Of a stretch of 64,000 nucleotides of DNA, positions 1 to 13,876 are shown in pieces. Location of the stretch: assembly GCA_965153285.1 (NCBI GenBank), contig OZ229114.1, one strand, 5' to 3'. Numbering within the stretch: the first letter of the stretch is position 1; every line of letters starts with the position of its first letter. This DNA comes from Podarcis tiliguerta. Lineage: Eukaryota. Below the pieces are notes generated by a model. It was not told the origin of the DNA and searched no databases. It saw only the letters and a program-made list of their open reading frames with translations. The translations under genes and the position numbers were made by a program.

Positions 1-1
1 G

Positions 2-205
<204 letters not shown>

Positions 206-1026
206 ATCGGTTGCATGTAACTTTCCCCCTACGTTTTGGGTTGTTTTAAAACCAACAGCAGCCTTTGGAAAGTGGGAGTTTTAGGCAAAGAAATAGAACA
301 CCTCTTGCCACTTTTCTGGTTAAATTTCTACCACTCTCTGAAGCTTCTACCAGCCCCCTCCCCACTGCCTCAGTGTGGGAGAACAGTACCCATTTCTTCC
401 TTTGGCTAGAGAGAATGGAGTAGAAAAGTGGCTGTGGAGTGAGAAAGGGTTAAGCTGCCCCCCCCCAAGCATCCCTAAGTTTTTGAAAAACCCAAAACAG
501 TGGAAGAAAGAAACACACAACTGCATGTAACATCTAGTTTGGCCCTATGAAACCAGAAAAACTGAATCCCTCCATACTGTAACACGTAGTTTGTCTGCTC
601 CACCAACGGAGCTAATCTCCCATACCTCTTTGCTCAATATGGATTGAGAACAGCACTTTTGTCTGCATAGCTTCTTCCTGTCTGTTCAATGGCCCTCGGT
701 TTGTGTGTGTGAGCAGGTGGCAGTGGGAATTTTCCTTCTTGGGGTCCACTTTGTACACTTGGTATTAACAGCACCTAACTCTGGAATCCAAGCACATGGC
801 CTTGTCTGCATCTCCGTTTGCACTTTATGTAACCAACCCTCTCTGGCCCATGCCTGCTCCAGTGGAAGGGTTGGGCATTGTGGGATATGTACCAAAAACG
901 ACTGGTCTCCTTGTATGAGCTGCGCGGGTTACTTCAGGGAGCGAGGCTGGTGCTCCTTCCTTAGTTTCCAGCCTTGCACAAGCAAAGATTGTAATCTTAA
1001 GAACCACCTTTTCTGTCAGTACAACC

Positions 1027-1032
1027 AATAAA
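1027..1032 (+). terminator. GOT1: Candidate GOT1 polyadenylation signal AATAAA
   Basis: AATAAA about 820 nt after the GOT1 stop codon. Confidence 0.6.
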
Positions 1033-2996
1033 ACATCTCTTCATGCCATACCTGTCTTTTGGCCAACTTGGGGCTGGGGTGGAGAAAGGAACAGAGCTCT
1101 TTGTTGTGTAGAAAACTGTGTGTGATCCTCGACCGCCATTGGAACAACCCATTACTATACCCAGGCAGCTATTCTTACTCTCCACTTGACCTGAAATGAC
1201 CATTCCCTGCCTCAGTCTCTCCAGTTGTCAGGTTAAGAGGTGAGTCTCTTGTGGTAGCTCCGAAACGAGATACTCTGCCTGGAAACCTTGATGAATGGAC
1301 TATCAGGAGTGTAGTTTGCTAGAAGGGAAGGGTGATGTTACTGCTGACGTAGTGGGTGAGGGTGATGCTCAGAGTCCACAAACTCCTGATCCTTGACTAC
1401 AGCACCTGAAGCTGCTTTCTGCCATACAAACTGAGGCATGGGATGATCTGCAGAGAGCTGGTGCCGCTGCTGCCTTTGCTTCAGCAAAACTGAGTGAAGA
1501 GGCAGGCTTTGAGCCTTCAGACATGGAATGTGTGTGTTTGTGTGTGTGCAGCTCTCTGCTGCTCTAGAGGAGCACACTATTTTGCCCATTGTTACAAAAG
1601 TTCCTAAATTTGATCCTTCTACATTGGAAAATCTTTCAGCGGCTCTTTTTCAGTGGGAACAACGTAATGATCATATTTGCTTTTCCATCTTTGTATGGCT
1701 GCAACCATCCCTCTGTTCCTACCAAAGCCACACTTTTCTCCTTGTCCGCCAAGTTAGCCCCACTCTATACCAGAACTGGGTTTGAGTCCCACCTTGGGCA
1801 AAAGATTCCTGTATTGCAGGGGGTTGGACTAGATGGCCCCTCTGGTCCCTTCCAACTCTATAATTCTACAGTCCTACAAAATAATAGCTACAATAAAGGA
1901 CATATTCCAGCTTGAGAAAACTAGAGGAGAGCAGAACATCTTGGTACCTTGACTGCAAAAGTTGGCATTAACCAAACTGAGTATGAAATGATGTAGGATG
2001 AGAATTTACCTGCACTCTAGGGGTGAAAAGCCTTTTCCTGCCTGAGAGCAGCACTCCCTTCTGGGCAATGGTGGGGATGGGTGGCACATGTCAGTGGTGG
2101 GCAAAGCCGAAGGTAAAAGCAAGCAGAGTAGCTAAGGTGAATCCTGCAGCAAGCAGGCTGCTCCCTTTTAACTGTTGCAATAGGCTACTTACACATACAC
2201 ACCCTCTAAGCAAGCAATAGGTATTATCAGAGTTGAGGAACACATTTCAGCTAGGCAAAAGGCACTGAAGGAGGGTACAAAGCAGGGCTGGTAAGAGATA
2301 TGGCTGAGGACAGGGTGTGACCTGGGGAGAGTCCCAAAGACACAACTGGCCCCTGGGGTTGAGGTTCCCAATCCCTGTTGCAGTCAAAGTGTTGCCTTGC
2401 AAGGAGTTAATGGAACTGAGCATTCTAATGTATTGACCTAGAGATAAAGCAAAGGAAACTCTGGTATTCTTCAGAGCAGAAATTTAACAGATAGTGTACA
2501 AGCTTTAGAGGAAGACAAAGGGTGTCCCTTGGGATTATGATAAGCAAGGAGAAGTAGGGCAGTTATTTAAGAGAATGAAGCAATGCTTTCCTGGCTACAG
2601 CAAAGGCAGCACAGGCCTGTTTTCCATGCTTTTGCCCGAGACCTGGAGTTGGCATGAAAAGCCACTTCTCACTTGGAAACAAAAGGCTATAAGGAGGAGC
2701 TAGGGAATTGTCACCCCAGATGCCTGGACACAGGGGGGAAAAGGCAAATCGTTCCAAGCCTGTGTGATGCCAGCCACACTTCTTTGCCAGTAAAATAGTG
2801 CACTTACAAAACCTGCTTGAAAATGGCTCCTGCTAGACTCAGGTCTCTAGCTTGACCACTAAACATTAGGAATGTTAAGACCAGGGCTTTTGGTCCCCCC
2901 TCACACCAGAACCTTTAATGCATGTTTGCCCCTTTCTCAAAGACATACTCAAAAGCTACACGTGAAAGGGGTTGATTTAATGTAAAACAAGAACAT

Positions 2997-3002
2997 TTTA
3001 TT
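2997..3002 (-). terminator. CNNM1: Candidate CNNM1 polyadenylation signal (3'UTR about 2.6 kb)
   Basis: TTTATT on + is AATAAA on -, downstream of the CNNM1 stop at 5637. Confidence 0.4.
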
Positions 3003-4004
3003 TCTCCCTGACAGACGCTTGATGTCAAAACATTTTTTTTCTCTGAACCTGGAGGACAAGATTGCTCAGTGTGCACAGGTGACAGGTGAGCAGTGCGCTG
3101 ACCTGCCCTTTGGACTGCCAGCCCAAAGCCAGCTGGTGCTGGTTACAAACAGCAACGGGTCTGGAACAACAGATCTGGGATAATGACCAGACAGACATGA
3201 ATACAAGAGGGAGCAGATGGTACGATGCTGTTGGCTGCACAAACATGCACTGGGGCCCCCTGTGCTGGACCATGCATAAGGAAGGGTGGGCACTTCCAGC
3301 AGGAAGGGGGATGGACCGTGTGGCACCCCCTCCCTCTGGGCATTACCCCATGAAAGTAAGATTTGAGATGGTGAGGACGTTGCCCTGCTAGGACGACCCA
3401 CAGGGAGCCACACGCACCACCACTTCGCGGTCGCCTTCTCGTTTCCACCTCTTTTGCTGGGCCTTCCTTGCTCAGCTTTCTCCGCGTTTTGGCGCCACCT
3501 CTCAAGCTCAAAGGGCTGCCATCTGAACCACAAGCCCTGGAGGTGGGGGGTAGTTGATGTGAGACAGAGAAGCAGGTGCCATCACGCACACATGGATCTT
3601 GTCACAGTCGGCTGTCATGCTGCAGACCTGAGAGAGGAGGAAAAACAACAGCTTTTCAGCACAGTAAACTAGATGCAGGGAACCTCTTTGCCCCTGCCAC
3701 GTTGTTTTGTGCAGCCCCCTGTATTTATGTGATAATTCAGGGCCATGCCCCCTACACACAGCACTTGGAAAAAAGCAGAAGGCCATTGTGCACAGAGCCA
3801 AGTGTGCCCTAAGCACATTCCTCTCAAGCGCCTGTTGGTTTTGAAGGAAAACATGGCCACTCCAAAAACAACATGGCGGTTTACAGGTTCTTGAGAATGA
3901 TATAAAGGTCTGTAGAACTATGAAAGCTGGTGAATGGGAAGGACATTAAAAACCATCACCCAAGAACGACCTGGCAGGAACCCATGAGCTTGCGGAATGC
4001 TGAT

Positions 4005-4361
4005 GGTAAAAAAGGTAAAGGGACCCCTGACCATTAGGTCCAGTCATGACCAACTCTGGGGTTGCGGCGCTCATCTCGCTTTATTGGCCGAGGGAGGCGG
4101 CGTACAGCTTCCGGGTCATGTGGCCAGCATGACTAAGCCGCTTCTGGCGAACCAGAGCAGCGCACGGAAACGCCGTTTACCTTCCTGCCGGAGCGGTACC
4201 TATTTATCTACTTGCACTTTGACGTGCTTTTGAACTGCTAGGTTGGCAGGAGCTGGGATGGAGCAACGGGAGCTCATCCCGTCACAGGGATTCGAACCAC
4301 CGACCTTCTGATCGGCAAGTCCTAGGCTCTGTGGTTTAACCCACAGCGCCACCCACATCCC
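4005..4361 (-). mobile_element. Sauria SINE in the putative CNNM1 3'UTR
   Basis: GGGATGTGGGTGGCGCTGTGGG head and CCTTTACCTTT tail on the - strand; homologous to the other copies. Confidence 0.88.
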
Positions 4362-5636
4362 TGATTGTAGCTAGACCTAAAAAGGAGAGATTGGAGAAAG
4401 GAAATTTCTAAAGCGGTAAAGAAGGGTGAAGGCTAATCATCCCCAAATCACCTTTTAATGAGAGCACCTCAAGACACGGAATGTTCATGTGTGAACTGGG
4501 GATGGGACAGAAAAGAAATGGAGGAAAGGGGGGAATTATTCACTTGCTCAAAAACCTGACAGCTCATATGGAAGGGAAGGGGGAGGGAATGCCTTCACAA
4601 CCTCCAGAACTGAGTGCCTCCCATAAAACAAAAACAGGTTCCCAAACTTATTTACCCCACAGACCACTACAAAATTGCTAAGGGTCTTGAAAAACCTGGT
4701 TTTTCTACTTGTTGCAGCAAGTGTAATATGATATGTTAGATGATGTACAATTTAAAACTGCATTTTCACTGCTTTTTTACGGTTTAAGAACGTACACAAT
4801 AAAATTCAATATAAACAGTAAAAGCAGCAATGAAAAATCAATCAAAAGCAATAGGAATATTTAACGTGATAGATATGCCGTCTCCCATCTTCAACCACAA
4901 TCTACAGATGTTGTGGACTACCTTATTGAAACTCGCAGACCACACTTTGGGAACTCCTGCTTTAAAGGACTCAGTTCTAGAGCTGGCAGCTACCTGAGCA
5001 ATATAGCACAGCAGGGAGAAGGCTGACCAGTGATAATGGGAGCTCATATAAAATATAACCATTAAAATATAATAACTCCTCTTTCAGATATCTGGAGCCA
5101 GGAACAAGACAATTCCCCTTTAGGGGTTGGGGAAACACATTTTGTGCTTGATCCACTTATTCTTAATGTGATAGTATCAGAAAGCCAATTTCTCCCTCTC
5201 AAGAATACATGGAACCGGATGAACACTAACAGTGGTTTTCCACAGCACGGAACTGCACAATTAACACACTACTTTAAAACACTTCTTTAAAACATACTTC
5301 TTTAAAACGTACTTCTAAAAAACTTTAAAACTCCACGAAAGTACACATTCATGAAATGAGACATGCTATTTAAAAAAACACACACCACCGCACAATAGAG
5401 CTTCAGTACTGGGATTGCACAGCGAACGGGTGAAGGACCACTGAAGAAATAGAAAAATCCCATATACCAAGAAGTTAAGAGAATGGTATTTGTGTGTGTG
5501 TGTGCGCGCGCGCACATGCAGAGACTCGTGTGCCTAGCTCACAGCTGATGTACGCAGCTTCATGAGAGACCAGCAGTGCCAAGAACACAGCAACACGTGC
5601 CACTCACCTGTGGGCGGGGCAAGGCCATGTTGCCAC

Positions 5637-5716
5637 TCATGTGATGAGAGGTGTGAAGTTGGAATTATCATCTGCACTCTTTTCGCTATCTGCTGACGGT
5701 TTTCTCCTCCTCCCAC
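5637..5716 (-). CDS. CNNM1: CNNM1 last coding exon
   Basis: (S)GRRRKPSADSEKSADDNSNFTPLIT*, matching the CNNM1 C-terminal DNSNLTPLIT. Confidence 0.92.
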
Positions 5717-6020
5717 CTGCAATGCCAAGTAGTACACTGTTGCAGACCAGCGCCTAGCTTTAAATGGCAATGTTAATGGGAGGGTACAAGACCCTTCGAG
5801 CCTAACACATCAGGCATGACTTCACAGGCTCAGGGAATTTCAAGCAGATTGGTGGCTGGTGAATCTATACAGCCTCTGGGGAGCTTCCTCCCTAGGAGCT
5901 GAGTCCAACCATCCCTCCCCAGTGGTGAGCAGGTCTACACTCAAGTGGTCATAACTGCACAGCTGCGTCAACTGCCCCCCTCCCCCATTTACCCCCTCCA
6001 GGGCCTTTGATGTGACTTAC

Positions 6021-6137
6021 TTAGGGTCCGGAGTAACTTTTTGCCCAGGGGCTCCTCTGGGCCACTTGGGGATATGCTCATCTCCATTTCTCTGTTTGAA
6101 GTTTCAGGTTCCAGCCTGAAAAGGCAGCCCTCGTTTT
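6021..6137 (-). CDS. CNNM1: CNNM1 coding exon 11
   Basis: NEGCLFRLEPETSNREMEMSISPSGPEEPLGKKLLRTL, with conserved GKKLLRTLS; GTAAGT donor. Confidence 0.88.
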
Positions 6138-6219
6138 CTGTAAGGCAACAATATCCAAGATAAGGTACAACACGCTTCTCTCCCTGTTCCTGGCCCACGT
6201 AAATGCCACCGTGCTCCCA

Positions 6220-6468
6220 AGAAGAAGAAGAAGAGTTTGGATTTGATATCCCACCTTTCACTCGCTTTAAGGAGTCTCAAAGTGGCTAACATTCTCCTTT
6301 CCCTTCCTCCCCCACAACAAACACTCTGTGAGATGAGTGGGGCTGAGAGAGTTCAAAGAAGTGTGACTGGCCCAAGGTCACCCAGCAGCTGCATGTGGAG
6401 GAGCGGAGACGCGAACCCGGTTCCCCAGATTACGAGACTACCGCTCTTAACCACTACACCACACTGGC
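6220..6468 (-). mobile_element. tRNA-derived SINE (Squam3-like) in a CNNM1 intron
   Basis: A box GTGGTGTAGTGG, B-box-like GGTTCGCGTC, (CTT)n tail on the - strand. Confidence 0.8.
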
Positions 6469-6481
6469 CCAACATACTTAC

Positions 6482-6598
6482 TCTGCTGTGTGCCGGTCTC
6501 TAGGCAGCCTGCCACCTCCTCCTGGATGTGAGGGATTCCCTCCATGTGCAGGAACACAGAGTCTGTCGGGCTCTTAAGATGCAGGTCTGAGTGGCTAA
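6482..6598 (-). CDS. CNNM1: CNNM1 coding exon 10
   Basis: SHSDLHLKSPTDSVFLHMEGIPHIQEEVAGCLETGTQQ, resembling mammalian SRSDGLRSPSEVVYLRMEE...STQQ; cag acceptor, GTAAGT donor. Confidence 0.85.
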
Positions 6599-6879
6599 CT
6601 GCAGGATTCATAAGGAGAAACCACCACAGCAAGTGTGTCAGGACATGTGTACATTTTAAGTGTGGGATACAGGGTGGCAACAATTCAGTGAAGGATGACC
6701 AGGGATAAAGTCAAAGGTGGGCTGTTATCAGTTAATTTAGCTTCCTCCCATTTGGCTTGGTTTTAATTCACATTGAGCCTTTGCTCCAGGGCGGGCGCAC
6801 AAGCAATTTACACATGCAAAATCTGTCAAAATCGGCAGCGAATGTGCTTCACCACGGTGTTCATTACTGTACACCATCA

Positions 6880-7107
<228 letters not shown>

Positions 7108-7633
7108 TTAGATGACTCGCTTATGTTCATCATCTCCAAAATCTACCTTGTATCTTCTGCTACAACCCACATCCACATCCCTTTGCAACTCAACTACTGG
7201 AGGTTCTTCCATTTTACTGCAACATCTCTTCCGCCTTCGCTATCTTTAAAACTGTGCCACCTTCATGCCCGGCTAGTGGCTTTCCCATTGGCACCTAGTA
7301 GGAAACAGGGTGTTGGGACTAGGCAGATCTTTGGTCTGGTCCAGCAGAATCCATCCTCAGGGAAAGACAGCTGTGCCTCAGCAACCAAAGGATTACAAGG
7401 ATGCCCAAACCTGCCTCAAAACAAACGGTTCTACAGAAGCTCAGAGCCTTGCAAGTTCTGTGTGATGTGCTATTCGTCAACCCTCTCCCTTCCATTTTTC
7501 TTTATCAAACCTTGCTCTGCCTTTTCATTTCCGTCCACCTAATTCAAGACTGAAATCTCACCAGGCATCAGCTCTCTGTTCTGCACGCTGTCGATGCTAC
7601 TTGACTGTTCAACTGATGAACAGCTTTCACATA

Positions 7634-8149
<516 letters not shown>

Positions 8150-9974
8150 TCACAGCGAAGAGGCAATGGCTAATGTGCAGGCTCTCGGGGAAGCATTTCT
8201 CAAGTCCCTCCTCCAGTCTGGCATGTAAATTTGGCCACAATCACCTCCAGCCATGAAATCCAGGGTAGGCTCAGCCCAAAACATTTTACAGGCGGAGGAC
8301 AAAATGTACCCTCTCTGTTTCCATACAGCTGTCAACTAGGCTGACAGCCGAATCTTTAAATCGTGGTGATGTGAGCAGGGTCCTCTATTGGCCCTGAAGC
8401 AGCAGGCTTCATGAAGTACATGCAGATGGGAGTGGCTGGGCAACTTAGGAGGAACAGCTCTCCATTCCATTCTGCTACCCGAAGTAACTGCCTCACTTTG
8501 CCTAAGGATAGGGCTAGCCTGACCAGGGTAGCTTCTGGGGTTAATGTCACAGACTTGCTCAAGGATAAAGAATGCTGAGCAGGGATGGGGCATTGCAGAT
8601 AACAAATACAACAGGCAGAAGGCTGGAGGGAGCAGCTTGCTTACTGAAGGATTTTGCCCCCACCCACCAACATCTGCTTTAAACCAACATCTGCTCTTTC
8701 AAAAAAGCCAACAGCACGCAAGCCCACACCATGCTTCTCAAGCTGATTTGCTGCAAGACTATGCAGAGAGGATATTAGCAAGAGGAAAATTTGAGGGATT
8801 ATTCACATGATGTGGATTCAGGTCACCACTGTAGCTCTGCCTGCTTCAAAAATAAGCAGCTTGATGGGGAATAGAGCAAGAAGAGATTGAAGTAAAAACT
8901 GGAGAAACTGCGGGCTCTCTCTCGCTTGACAAGGAACAGAAATGGCTCAGGTTTTCCAAATGAGCCTGAGAGCATGTAGCAGTGTTGCTTCCTACAGAGT
9001 CACTGAATCAATGGCTTTTATGGATAACACAACCCTTTGCAGGTTTGAGTGGCACCTTTGTCTACAGCAGTTTGGGCAGCATTGAGCAGTTCTGAGAACA
9101 AGAAGTGGGTTGTTGATCTGCTTAATTTTTTCTCCTGGTAGAAATTTGGGCACCTCTGTGGAAGTTCTGCTTGACCCATCAACATGCTGAGGTGTGTGAT
9201 CCCCACATGGTAAGAGAAGTGACTTTAACCAGGACTCCAGTCAGCCTGGAACAGGAGTCTGCTAGCACTGTTCAGGGGAGACCTTTTCCTACTCCATGCA
9301 GAAACCTTCCCTCCATATTGCTTTATGGTGCTCAAGGGCCTGGTTTAGGCATTGGTGATCAGTTGCCAAACTGAATGTATTAAGGGGGGAGGTTTCTGAA
9401 AGCTGAAAAGCAAGCATCCTCTCTCCTCTTCCACTCACTCCTCAGATTTCCTTGTGCAGTACAGGGAGGAGAGCTCACCATGAACGTCTCCCTTGTTTAT
9501 GAACGGCAATGGAACCCACCTGAGAGGTGCCAGAGCTGAGCTCTGGCTGGAAAAAAGCAATGCCTACACCCTATTTAAGACTGTGTTTCTCCTGCCTATG
9601 AAGAGCACCAGCCTAAAACCTATTAACACAGCACCTATAGCATTGGAGTTTACTTCAATATCCTTTGTTACTATCATTTTCCTCTTCAACACTGCCACCA
9701 CCACACTTTCCTGTTTTATTACTGACAAAGCTGGTTAACACTATATTCTTTCATTCTCTCCACTAGCTAAGATTCATATTTTTAGCTTCGTGTTTTATGC
9801 AGCGTTACCCCCACCCTGTCTTTTGACCATTCTGTCTTGCAACATTTCATGTCAAGTTCTCCACTTTTCTAATTCCCTTGATCTTAATCTTTCTTGTCTC
9901 TTTGATTTCCTTTCCTTTCCTTTCCTTTCCCTTCCCTTTCTTGCAAGCCATAGCACATCAAACACCTTGTAGGA

Positions 9975-10065
9975 TACCTACCGCAGTAACAAGAGATTTG
10001 TGGCCCTTAATGAGTATTTATGGCAAGAGCTTTCAGAGACTAGAGTCCACATCATCAGATGCAGA
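9975..10065 (-). mobile_element. Penelope-like element pLTR relic with a degenerate hammerhead motif
   Basis: - strand TGCATCTGATGATGTGGACTCTAGTCTCTGAAAGCTC; similar relics near 23040-23120, 24310-24390 and 55585-55700. Confidence 0.5.
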
Positions 10066-10900
10066 AATGTCTCTAACAGTGACTTAAAAAAAACAACCTT
10101 ACTGCTACCACAAAATTTCCATATAACACCTCCCCGCAATCCCAATTTCCTAATATTTTAACTGCTGTTTATGTAAGATTTACACAGGAAATGCATGTTT
10201 ACCATTTTCACATGCAAACCTTGCTTTCCCCTTCTTCTTTGACCGGCACTTTCTTAGCTCATTTCCCCCATGTAAGAAGGTCCCTCTTAATTTGGGCACC
10301 ATGCACGTTGCTTGAAATTCTATTCTATTCTATTGAAATGAGGAAGCATGCACAGTTCAGATGCAACAGTGAGACCACAGCCCATCTAGTAAAGAGGTAT
10401 GCTCCTAGACCCTAATTTTGGAACTGGCCAATTGAGCGTATTCCTTGGAATCTCTAGAAACATATACAGCACATTTCTGCATATGCACACATTTGTATAT
10501 GGATTTGTATGCACATATTCTGTATAAGCACACATGCATATTCATATGCAATATTTATTGTTTGCAGCTCCTCTATGTGTATGATAAATTATGGGAAAGT
10601 GGCTATCCCTGGTGTTTTATGTGCAGCCTTTGACGTAGATCACCGCTCAGCACAGGCAAATAGGTAACAGTTGTGGAGAAGCACAGCACATGCAAAAATA
10701 TGAAGAGTGTTCATTTTTGCATGCATGCAGAATATATGCCGATATGTGGACTTAGAGGAAGGGCTCGCATTTAAGCACAGGATCATGAGGTTGCAGGATA
10801 GTGTAGTGTGTATTCTTCCATACTCCAATGTGCAGGGCTGGAAAAAGGATCAGCAGGCAGCAGCATGGGAACTCTTGCTGGGTGCTATATATACAGTTAC

Positions 10901-10963
10901 CTGGGGAGCCAGCCAGAGATTCCCCTCTGCTGAAGGCGAAGGTACGAGACACGGACACAGGCA
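10901..10963 (-). CDS. CNNM1: CNNM1 63-nt exon, probably an alternative cassette
   Basis: (L)PVSVSRTFAFSRGESLAGSP; ctag acceptor, GTAAC donor; phase 1-1 and frame-preserving. Confidence 0.8.
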
Positions 10964-12226
10964 CTAGACGGGGGGCCAGAATCAGGAGACAAAAACCAGG
11001 GGGCAGGGGAAGGAGCAAGGGAAAGGGTTTAGAAGGAACAGAAAAGAACTAGGCTGGATAGACAACAGAATTACAGCTCAGAAAGTTGCAAGGGGCTTAC
11101 AGATACAGAGTGGAGCTGTCTTTCCTGCAGCTATTTATAAAGTGAACAGGTAGAAAGTTCTGGCAGGCAAACTGCCAGAACTAGATCAGGGCCTAAGTAT
11201 CCATAGTATTGTAGGGTTATATTATGGAGAACCTTCTCCAGACTGTGACGGGGGGGTGGGGAGTATAACCAGAACAAGGTCCCTGAAAAGAGATTTCACT
11301 CCATATGCTACCAACATTATTTCACAGACACAATGCCTCACCTAGCATCATAATTAGGGCCCAGCCACACTTTTGTTTGCTCTGCAATTTCAAATCATAG
11401 GTGCTAGAGGGGTTTTGTTTGTTTGCTGAATCTGCAGATTGACATTTGTTCCAATTCTGGGTAAAGCTGGTGGGACCAGAAAAAGAAGCAACAACCCTCT
11501 TGGACCCATGATTTGAAATCATGGGACAAGTGGAAAAAGAGGTTTTAATAAATATGTCGTGAGCGTTTGTTGTAGAACCATGATGCAACTCCGCCAATCA
11601 CCACTGGGTGGCACCAAATTATACATTATGGTATGAATTGTTTCTGGGCATTCAAAAGAGATTATGGACCCAAGGTTCGGGGCCGTAACTATTATTCCTA
11701 CAGATTTTCCTTATTTGCATGGAGCATTACTGTCTTGAGGGAGAAGGTGGGTGTTCTGCATGTGAGCAAGGATATTTGTTATGCACACACAATGCATGCA
11801 TACATGATCAAGTTACCACACATATTAAGTATGTGCAGGACCAGCTCCAGCTTTTTCTGAACCCAGAACAGGAGAGATGTGGGCAGGAGAGGCTTAGGGT
11901 TCCTCCGCTTCGTTGCCTCTTGATTGGCTGTAGAGGCAGAGGATGAAGAGATAGGAAGGTGGGATGAAGAGCTGGATGCGGCCGAGTTTAGGACCCTAGT
12001 AAATAATGGCCAGCCGAGTCTCTGTGTGCAGCTTGGGAAAACGAGGACTGCCTGTTCTGGGCTGGGAAGGGGGATGGTGACAAGGGGCAGGGGATGTGAC
12101 AGGGAGGTGTGGTAGAAAGTCCAGTCTTCTATCCAGACTGGGTGTTTCAGGGGATGTCCCGCCTGAGCAGTCCCGCTCCACATTATCCACATCAGCAAAA
12201 GATTAGGTTGGGGAGAAAATACGTAC

Positions 12227-12274
12227 ACAAGAAAGACGACCCGGCCAAGCTGCTCATTTTGCGCACGTCGTTAT
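12227..12274 (-). CDS. CNNM1: CNNM1 coding exon 6 (48 nt)
   Basis: DNDVRKMSSLAGSSFL, resembling mammalian DNDVRKVGSLAGSSVF; ttcag acceptor, GTACGT donor. Confidence 0.9.
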
Positions 12275-12377
12275 CTGAAAATACAGGAGGCAGATGGAAG
12301 GTGAGTCTCAAGTCAGAGCTTTGTAGTACCAGCCCTACACAGTACAGGGAAGATACCCTTTCTCTGAAGGGTATGGA

Positions 12378-12769
12378 TATCGATGTTCCGTTTCACCTAA
12401 GAGGAACAGATATGTGGATTGTTGTGTGTCACATGTCTGTTTACATTCCAGCACAGCCTGCTGGGAACTTTTGTGTATAGCTTTTGCTTAGTGCCTCCTG
12501 CTCTTAGATATGAAGGAGAGCAGACATGTTTTCTTTGTCTTGATCTATGCTGAATAAACTGCTTGTAAATATGCTTTACATATGCCTGTCTGCCCTTCCG
12601 TTGCGAAGTTAAGTACTCTGCTGATTAGAGCGTGCTCCAGCTTCTGAAGAGTTCTGAAGCTGCGGGTCGCTGATTTATGCTGTGCCAAGGACTGGAGATC
12701 GCCCGGCTACTGGCTGGAGCCAGCTGGGGGCCTGCAAACTGCCCCCGTTTCCTTGGACGCATCCCAACA
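12378..12769 (+). mobile_element. Solo LTR of a related Copia family in CNNM1 intron 5
   Basis: Ends TCCCAACA; ATGGA TSD at 12373-12377 and 12770-12774. Shares blocks with the sense strand of the Copia LTR (TTCCGTT..ACCT, GTGTCACA, TTCTTTGT..TGATC..GCTGAATAAACT, ACTCTGCTGAT, GGAGATC). Confidence 0.8.
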
Positions 12770-13621
12770 ATGGAAAGCCAGGGTGGTCATACCAGCTGCA
12801 GCCTGCCTGGACTGGCCGCAGATTGGCAGTCCCTGCTACAGCGATGCTTTTAGTGTATCTCACAACGTCTGCCAGCTTACAAGGATAAGAGAGCACCCCT
12901 GTCGCAGACACTGCTCCTTCTGACTTTCCATTAATGTTTCCCATACTGCAGTTCCAAAAATGTTATGGGGGGGACTTGTTCTTTCACATCTAGATGAGAA
13001 GCCATATAGACTGCTGCCAACTATGTGAACAGGAAGCTCAGCGGTCCAGAAGCTCAGTGACTTCCACTTTACCACTGACCATTTCCCTCTGGCAAGGCTG
13101 TTCAAACTGTACATGCTCAGGTGGCTGCAGCACAGAATTAAAGGGCAACAGAGAATTAGAGTTCATGAGTACCTGAAGTCAAAACATTGTACTTGGAAAA
13201 AGCGTTTAGGCCTTATGGAGAAGAGCCTTCAACGGTGTGGGCTTAGCGGCTCCAGAAAGCTCAGGGCAAGGCCCAGAAATGGGAAGGGGTGGGGGAACTG
13301 CCTTTCAGCAGCTGGCAGAGCAATGAACCTAAATTTCACCCTTGTACAGTAGGCTAGTTTCTGCACACATTCCTCCACCTCTCTCTACCCTCCATCTGGG
13401 CAAGCAAGAGGCATTATCAGAGTTCAAGGAAGTACCGCAGCCAAGCAGGGACCCTCTGGGGAAGAATCCTAACAGGCCAGATAGACAGGCTGGGAGGACT
13501 ACAGCTGGCCCCCAGGCTTGTTTGGCACAGTTACCAAGCCTTCGCCATTACTTTTGCTCTACTTTCAGACCTTTGCATTCCCTCTTCCTTTGTTCGCTTT
13601 CTGCCCTATTACAATTTGCTA

Positions 13622-13876
<255 letters not shown>

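Noticed and set aside
5272-5335. Short tandem TTTAAAAC(A/G)TACTTC-like repeats as a CRISPR-like array
   Set aside because: Simple degenerate tandem duplication in a eukaryotic 3'UTR, without unique spacers.
6380-6468. tRNA gene
   Set aside because: The A and B boxes belong to a SINE head followed by SINE body and tail; no full cloverleaf.
11779-12228. 149-aa ORF or cryptic exon in the CNNM1 intron after exon 6
   Set aside because: No recognisable homology; the phase-compatible reading from the cccag acceptor near 12062 reaches a stop with no strong donor.
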